Shown here one piece after another: positions 58,697-64,000 of a stretch of DNA of 64,000 nt (its first letter is position 1; every line of letters begins with the position of its first letter). Under the pieces are notes generated by a model. It worked only from the letters and a program-made list of their open reading frames with translations. It did no database searches and was not told where the DNA came from. The position numbers were made by a program, and so were the translations under genes. The stretch comes from Gammaproteobacteria bacterium. Lineage in GTDB: Bacteria; Pseudomonadota; Gammaproteobacteria; Arenicellales; Poriferihabitantaceae. Where the stretch lies: NCBI GenBank assembly GCA_022822625.1, contig JAJEAV010000005.1, forward strand, positions 9,965 to 73,964. The letters are read 5' to 3'.

Positions 58697-58725
58697 CTTG
58701 AAATCTTTCAGGCAATCACCACTAT
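58697..58725 (+). promoter_or_regulatory. Possible sigma32-type heat-shock promoter of groESL
   Basis: CTTGAAA at 58697-58703, a 13-nt spacer, then CACCACTAT (imperfect CCCCATnT). Confidence 0.3.
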
Positions 58726-58751
58726 TAGCACTCACTCGTTGAGAGTGCTAA
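58725..58751. promoter_or_regulatory. CIRCE operator (HrcA binding site)
   Basis: TTAGCACTC-N9-GAGTGCTAA is a perfect match to the consensus inverted repeat, about 100 nt upstream of groES. Confidence 0.9.
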
Positions 58752-58851
58752 CAGGCGGTTTATCCTACTTCTGTCTGTTTGTCTCTGTCGAGTGTGAATA
58801 GTTCTATCACTTATCAATAATTTACAAATCATAAACAGGAGATTTGATCAA

Positions 58852-59142
58852 ATGAAAATGCGTCCACTTCATGATCGGGTTGTCGTAAGACGAACCGAAG
58901 ATGAGCGTACTAGCCCTGGTGGCATTGTGATTCCGGATACCGCAACAGAAAAACCCATGAAGGGTGAAATTATCGCTATTGGAAACGGCAAAAAACTTGA
59001 TAACGGTGAAGTCCGGGCACTTGATGTCAAAGTTGGCGATACGGTTCTATTTGGAAAATATTCGGGTACGGAAGTCAAAATTGACGGAGAAGACATACTC
59101 GTGATGCGCGAAGACGACATTATGGCCGTCTTGGAAGGTTAA
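58852..59142 (+). CDS. groES: Co-chaperonin GroES
   Basis: [14 protein letters not shown]...GGIVIPD pattern; 96 aa. Confidence 0.97.
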   Translation: MKMRPLHDRVVVRRTEDERTSPGGIVIPDTATEKPMKGEIIAIGNGKKLDNGEVRALDVKVGDTVLFGKYSGTEVKIDGEDILVMREDDIMAVLEG

Positions 59143-59150
59143 TCAGTTAA

Positions 59151-60812
<1,662 letters not shown>

Positions 60813-60837
60813 TAGTCATACCGTTCATTTTGAAACA

Positions 60838-60867
60838 GAAAAGGCCCCGTATGGGGCCTTTTCTGTT
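60838..60867 (+). terminator. Rho-independent terminator after groEL
   Basis: Stem gaaaaggcccc / ggggccttttc, loop gtat, followed by a T-rich stretch. Confidence 0.85.
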
Positions 60868-61237
60868 GGGTTGTGCCATGCATGGTGCATCAAACCTGAT
60901 ACTGGCATTACCGTCCCCCCTGTAAAGGACGTTGCAGCTACTGGATTTTCAGAGAGTCCGGCATCCTAGCTGACGCGGTGCAATGAGTGCTTGTAAAAGG
61001 CAAGGTACTGAGGGATTGTTCTGTTATTATTGTTGGAAATGGTAATACGTATTCACTCTGGATTCCCTGTGCATGACTGATAGATCCTTACCTTCACGCC
61101 GGACTCGGAAATACAGGGTCCCGGCCGCACAAGCACGACTGATCGGCATGGTCGCGTCTATTGCAATTGGGATAGCTGTTTCCGTTTATCTGATACTGGA
61201 CAGAACGATCGATGTCGACCAATAGGTCCTTGCGAAT

Positions 61238-61639
61238 GTGAAGGTCTACAAGAATCCGTCTTGTGGTTGTTGTGATAAATGGGTGGAGCATCTGGAGCAT
61301 AGTGGATTTGCAGTCGATGTTATCAATCAGTCGGACATGGTAGTTCACAAGCGCAAGTTTGGAGTTCCGGAACAATTCTTTTCCTGTCACACGGCAGAAG
61401 TAGACGGTTATGTCATAGAGGGCCATGTACCTGCGAAAGACATCAAGAAGCTGCTGGTGGAAAAACCGGCCTACAGGGGGCTGGCCGTACCCGGAATGCC
61501 TCAGGGATCTCCAGGCATGGAGACAGGTCGCATCGATAACTATGATGTCCTTGCCTTTGATGCGGGGAAACCGGGAAAAGTCTTCAGTCATTACCCAGAT
61601 AAAAACGCTGACCGGAGTGACATGGCACCGGATTCTTGA
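61238..61639 (+). CDS. DUF411 (CopG-family) metal-binding protein; export signal separated by an in-frame stop
   Basis: VYKNPSCGCCDKW...CHTAEVDGYVIEGHVP...GMPQGSPGME motifs. GTG start. In-frame upstream is MVASIAIGIAVSVYLIL...DQ followed by TAG 61223-61225. Confidence 0.8.
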   Translation: MKVYKNPSCGCCDKWVEHLEHSGFAVDVINQSDMVVHKRKFGVPEQFFSCHTAEVDGYVIEGHVPAKDIKKLLVEKPAYRGLAVPGMPQGSPGMETGRIDNYDVLAFDAGKPGKVFSHYPDKNADRSDMAPDS

Positions 61640-61657
61640 ACCTATTTCTGTTTAACC

Positions 61658-62134
61658 ATGGAAAAACAGTCAGGTTTCGTGTTGAGAACAGTAGCGTCGG
61701 TTTTGGGCATCGGGTTCGTTGTCCTGTGGTTTTTTCCTGTAGCCTCATACGCCAGCGAAAGATGGTACAGCAAACAGCAGGCCGAAGCAGGGGAAGCGAT
61801 CTACCGTGCTAACTGCATGTCATGTCACCTTGAAGCGGGCGCAGGGGCTGAAAACTGGTGGGAACGGGATACCGAGGGTAGACTGCCGCCTCCGCCTCTA
61901 AACGGGACAGCTCATACTTGGCATCATGATCTGTTTACCCTGGTCAAGATCGTATTGGATGGGGGTTCCAGATTTGGTGGCAACATGCCCGGATTCAGCA
62001 GACAATTGAGTGCACGGGAGATTGTCGATGTGATTGCCTACGTACAATCGCTATGGCCAGATGAAATTCATGATATTTGGGCTGAATCTTTTCCAGAAGA
62101 CGCTTCTCGTGGAATTCCGATTCCTGACGATTGA
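61658..62134 (+). CDS. Monohaem c-type cytochrome (membrane-anchored or exported)
   Basis: N-terminal hydrophobic segment, a single CMSCH haem site, and a distal GNMPGF Met ligand region. Confidence 0.8.
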   Translation: MEKQSGFVLRTVASVLGIGFVVLWFFPVASYASERWYSKQQAEAGEAIYRANCMSCHLEAGAGAENWWERDTEGRLPPPPLNGTAHTWHHDLFTLVKIVLDGGSRFGGNMPGFSRQLSAREIVDVIAYVQSLWPDEIHDIWAESFPEDASRGIPIPDD

Positions 62135-62135
62135 C

Positions 62136-62708
62136 ATGAAAGTCATGTTTCCCCGGGTGAATTGCTTCAGCACCAGATTGCGCAGCCGCCTTGAGAGTCT
62201 TGCCGGGGCAAGCCTGCAGGGAAGACTGGGCCAATCAACCGTCAACGCTACACATCTGATCAAGGCAGCATCAGAAGCGGCCTGTGGACTAAGGTCCGGC
62301 CTGTCTGTTTTCGGGGACGACTATGACACACCGGATGGCACGTGTATCCGGGACTATATTCATGTGGATGATTTGGCCGATGCACACTTGAAGGCGTTGG
62401 ATTACATGGAAGTTCAGGATCAGGACATCACACTGAACTGCGGTTACGGACATGGCTACAGCGTCAAGGAAGTCATTGACTGTGTCAAGTCAGTAAGCGG
62501 GCGTGATTTTCCTGTCAATATCGAGGCACGGCGTCCCGGCGATCCGCCCCGGTTAATTGCCAATTCCGACAAAATCCAGAATCTTGTGAAATGGGTGCCG
62601 AAATACAACAATCTTGAAATGATCTGTCAATCTGCAATTGACTGGGAAGCAAGATTGCTTGAAGGCACCCCGGAGCGATTCAGCTTGTCCGATTTAGAAT
62701 CGTTGTAG
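62136..62708 (+). pseudogene. galE: UDP-glucose 4-epimerase, C-terminal half only
   Basis: GRLGQSTVNATHLIKAA...FGDDYDTPDGTCIRDYIHVDDLADAH...NCGYGHGYSV...RRPGDPP matches GalE residues from about 170 to the end. The Rossmann GxxGxxG and the catalytic YxxxK are absent. Confidence 0.75.
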
Positions 62709-62724
62709 TGTAGATACGCGCTTC

Positions 62725-63177
62725 CTATTCGGGATCGGGAATCACTGCGGTCGCCTCAATCTCCATCACCCACTCAGGTCTTGCCAGGCCCTGGACAATG
62801 AGCCCGGTCGATACCGGGTAGATGCCTTTCAACCACTTGCCAATTGCCTGATAGACATCATCGCGATACTTGCGATCGATGATATAGACCTGGATTCTGC
62901 AGATGTGTTCCAGTCTGGCGCCCACTTCCTCGAGTAATTGTTGCACATTCTGCATCGCTCGATCGGCCTGTGCATAGGCACCTTGTTCAGCAATGCTCTT
63001 GAAGTCATCGATATCCTGACCAACCTGTCCCCGTACAAAAACCATGGTGCCTTTTGCGCAGACCACCTGGCACAGATCGTTGTCGAGTTTCTGGTTGGGA
63101 TAGGTATCTCTTGTATTGAATTTGCGATGGCGGTAATGGATGCGATGGCGGTAATGGATATCACTCATGACGGACAT
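62725..63177 (-). CDS. RidA/YjgF-family protein with an internal 6-aa tandem duplication
   Basis: C-terminal ...VSTGLIVQGLARPEWVMEIEATAV is typical of RidA. The N-terminus contains IHYRHR-IHYRHR. Confidence 0.75.
   Translation of the reverse strand: MSVMSDIHYRHRIHYRHRKFNTRDTYPNQKLDNDLCQVVCAKGTMVFVRGQVGQDIDDFKSIAEQGAYAQADRAMQNVQQLLEEVGARLEHICRIQVYIIDRKYRDDVYQAIGKWLKGIYPVSTGLIVQGLARPEWVMEIEATAVIPDPE
63124..63159. repeat. Perfect 18-bp tandem duplication (gcgatggcggtaatggat x2), in frame within the RidA-family gene
   Basis: 63124-63141 equals 63142-63159, checked base by base. Confidence 0.95.
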
Positions 63178-63234
63178 TTGGGTAGTTGAATGAACTGGAT
63201 TTCAGTGTATTTCAAATAATGAAAGTGGCGATGC

Positions 63235-64000
63235 TCAGGGTGATTGGTATATTTTCAGTAACTGCTCTCGACTCAGCACAGGACTGATCGGGTGCAATTC
63301 GACGTTCAGGCTGAAAAGCCATCTCTTGATTCGTCTCAACCTTGGGTCATGTAACGATCTTGAAATATAGTCGATAACGCGGGGCATGTATTTCAGGTAA
63401 ACCGGCTTGTTGTCTCTTACCCAAAGCCTGGTAAATATACCGGCAATCTTCATGTGTCGAGCAGCACCAAATACAGAACAGTGTTGCAGGAAATCCCTGC
63501 GATCAACTTCATTGTCTCTTAGTGACAGATACAGTTCCATCATGCTGTCGAACAGCTCACGTGAAACATCTCTGCGCGCATCTTCGAGCAGAGAGACAAA
63601 ATCATAGGCACAGGATCCAATCAGTGCATCCTGATAATCCAGTACTGCACAATCATTTCCGACCTGCATCAGATTATCGACATGATAATCGCGGAGTACG
63701 AGACTGTCTTCCAGTGGCGATAGTCTGTCATGGATTTCAGACCACTCTTCAATAAAAGTATCCCGGGCTACCCGAGGTACTCGTTCTTCCGCGAGCAATG
63801 GCAAGTACCAGTCCACGAACAATAGCGCCTCATCAATGAAATGCTTCCAGTCATAGTATGGGAGTTTAATGTCACAAGCCTTTTGGTTGTTATGCAGATC
63901 GGCCAATATACGGATCGCTTGTGTGTACAACGCAGTTTCGTCAGCACCTTCATCCAGAAGTCGTGTAAAGGTCAGATCACCCAGGTCTTCGATCAAGGCA
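63235..64000 (-). CDS. Aminoglycoside-phosphotransferase-fold kinase (AmgK-like), 5' end outside the window
   Basis: IEDLGD, LRDYHVDNLM (catalytic loop) and LDYQDA (DxxD) motifs. The ORF stays open to the window edge. Confidence 0.65.
   Translation of the reverse strand, partial: ALIEDLGDLTFTRLLDEGADETALYTQAIRILADLHNNQKACDIKLPYYDWKHFIDEALLFVDWYLPLLAEERVPRVARDTFIEEWSEIHDRLSPLEDSLVLRDYHVDNLMQVGNDCAVLDYQDALIGSCAYDFVSLLEDARRDVSRELFDSMMELYLSLRDNEVDRRDFLQHCSVFGAARHMKIAGIFTRLWVRDNKPVYLKYMPRVIDYISRSLHDPRLRRIKRWLFSLNVELHPISPVLSREQLLKIYQSP

Noticed and set aside
61094-61591. 165-aa minus-strand ORF overlapping the DUF411 gene
   Set aside because: It has no recognisable motifs. The plus strand encodes a clear DUF411/CopG-family protein (CGCC, GHVP, GMPxGSPGME) over the same bases, so this is a shadow ORF.

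Overview
This window looks like gammaproteobacterial chromosome and is mostly housekeeping operons. In order: htpX; a tupBC-like ABC pair with mobA; acs; rnc-era-recO; the aceE-aceF-lpdA pyruvate dehydrogenase operon; gyrA-pheA-tyrA-aroA-cmk-rpsA-ihfB-lapAB-ugd; mfd; ispDF; a 1600-aa NAD-glutamate dehydrogenase; moaEDB; a choline-sulfatase-like gene; and groESL with a perfect CIRCE operator.

The one clear accessory island lies at about 7.1-13.5 kb, between acs and a ybfF-like esterase. It holds:
- a decayed napC/nirT gene and a broken small membrane gene;
- a BrxR/CapW-like wHTH-WYL regulator, divergently transcribed across an extremely AT-rich, palindrome-bearing spacer;
- a pair of tandem paralogues facing that regulator (one half-length, one full-length ComEC-type MBL-fold protein with substituted metal ligands), then a single-TM protein and a lipoprotein;
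- an MT-A70 methylase / BamHI-like endonuclease pair in which each gene is knocked out of frame by its own perfect 14-bp tandem duplication.

The WYL-controlled MBL-like module is my best candidate for an undescribed (defence-type) system.

Other signals:
- two more perfect short tandem duplications (19 bp intergenic; 18 bp in-frame in a RidA gene);
- an AT-rich orphan membrane/coiled-coil gene between recO and lpdA, bracketed by long perfect hairpins and 31-nt direct repeats;
- an unusually high density of gene remnants: htpX frameshift, hisC stub, degenerate rmlA-like gene, IS30 stub, truncated enolase-superfamily gene, nonsense-interrupted DUF411 gene, truncated galE.

I recognised no rRNA, tRNA or CRISPR array. 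All protein family calls rest on motif recognition by eye, not on database searches.
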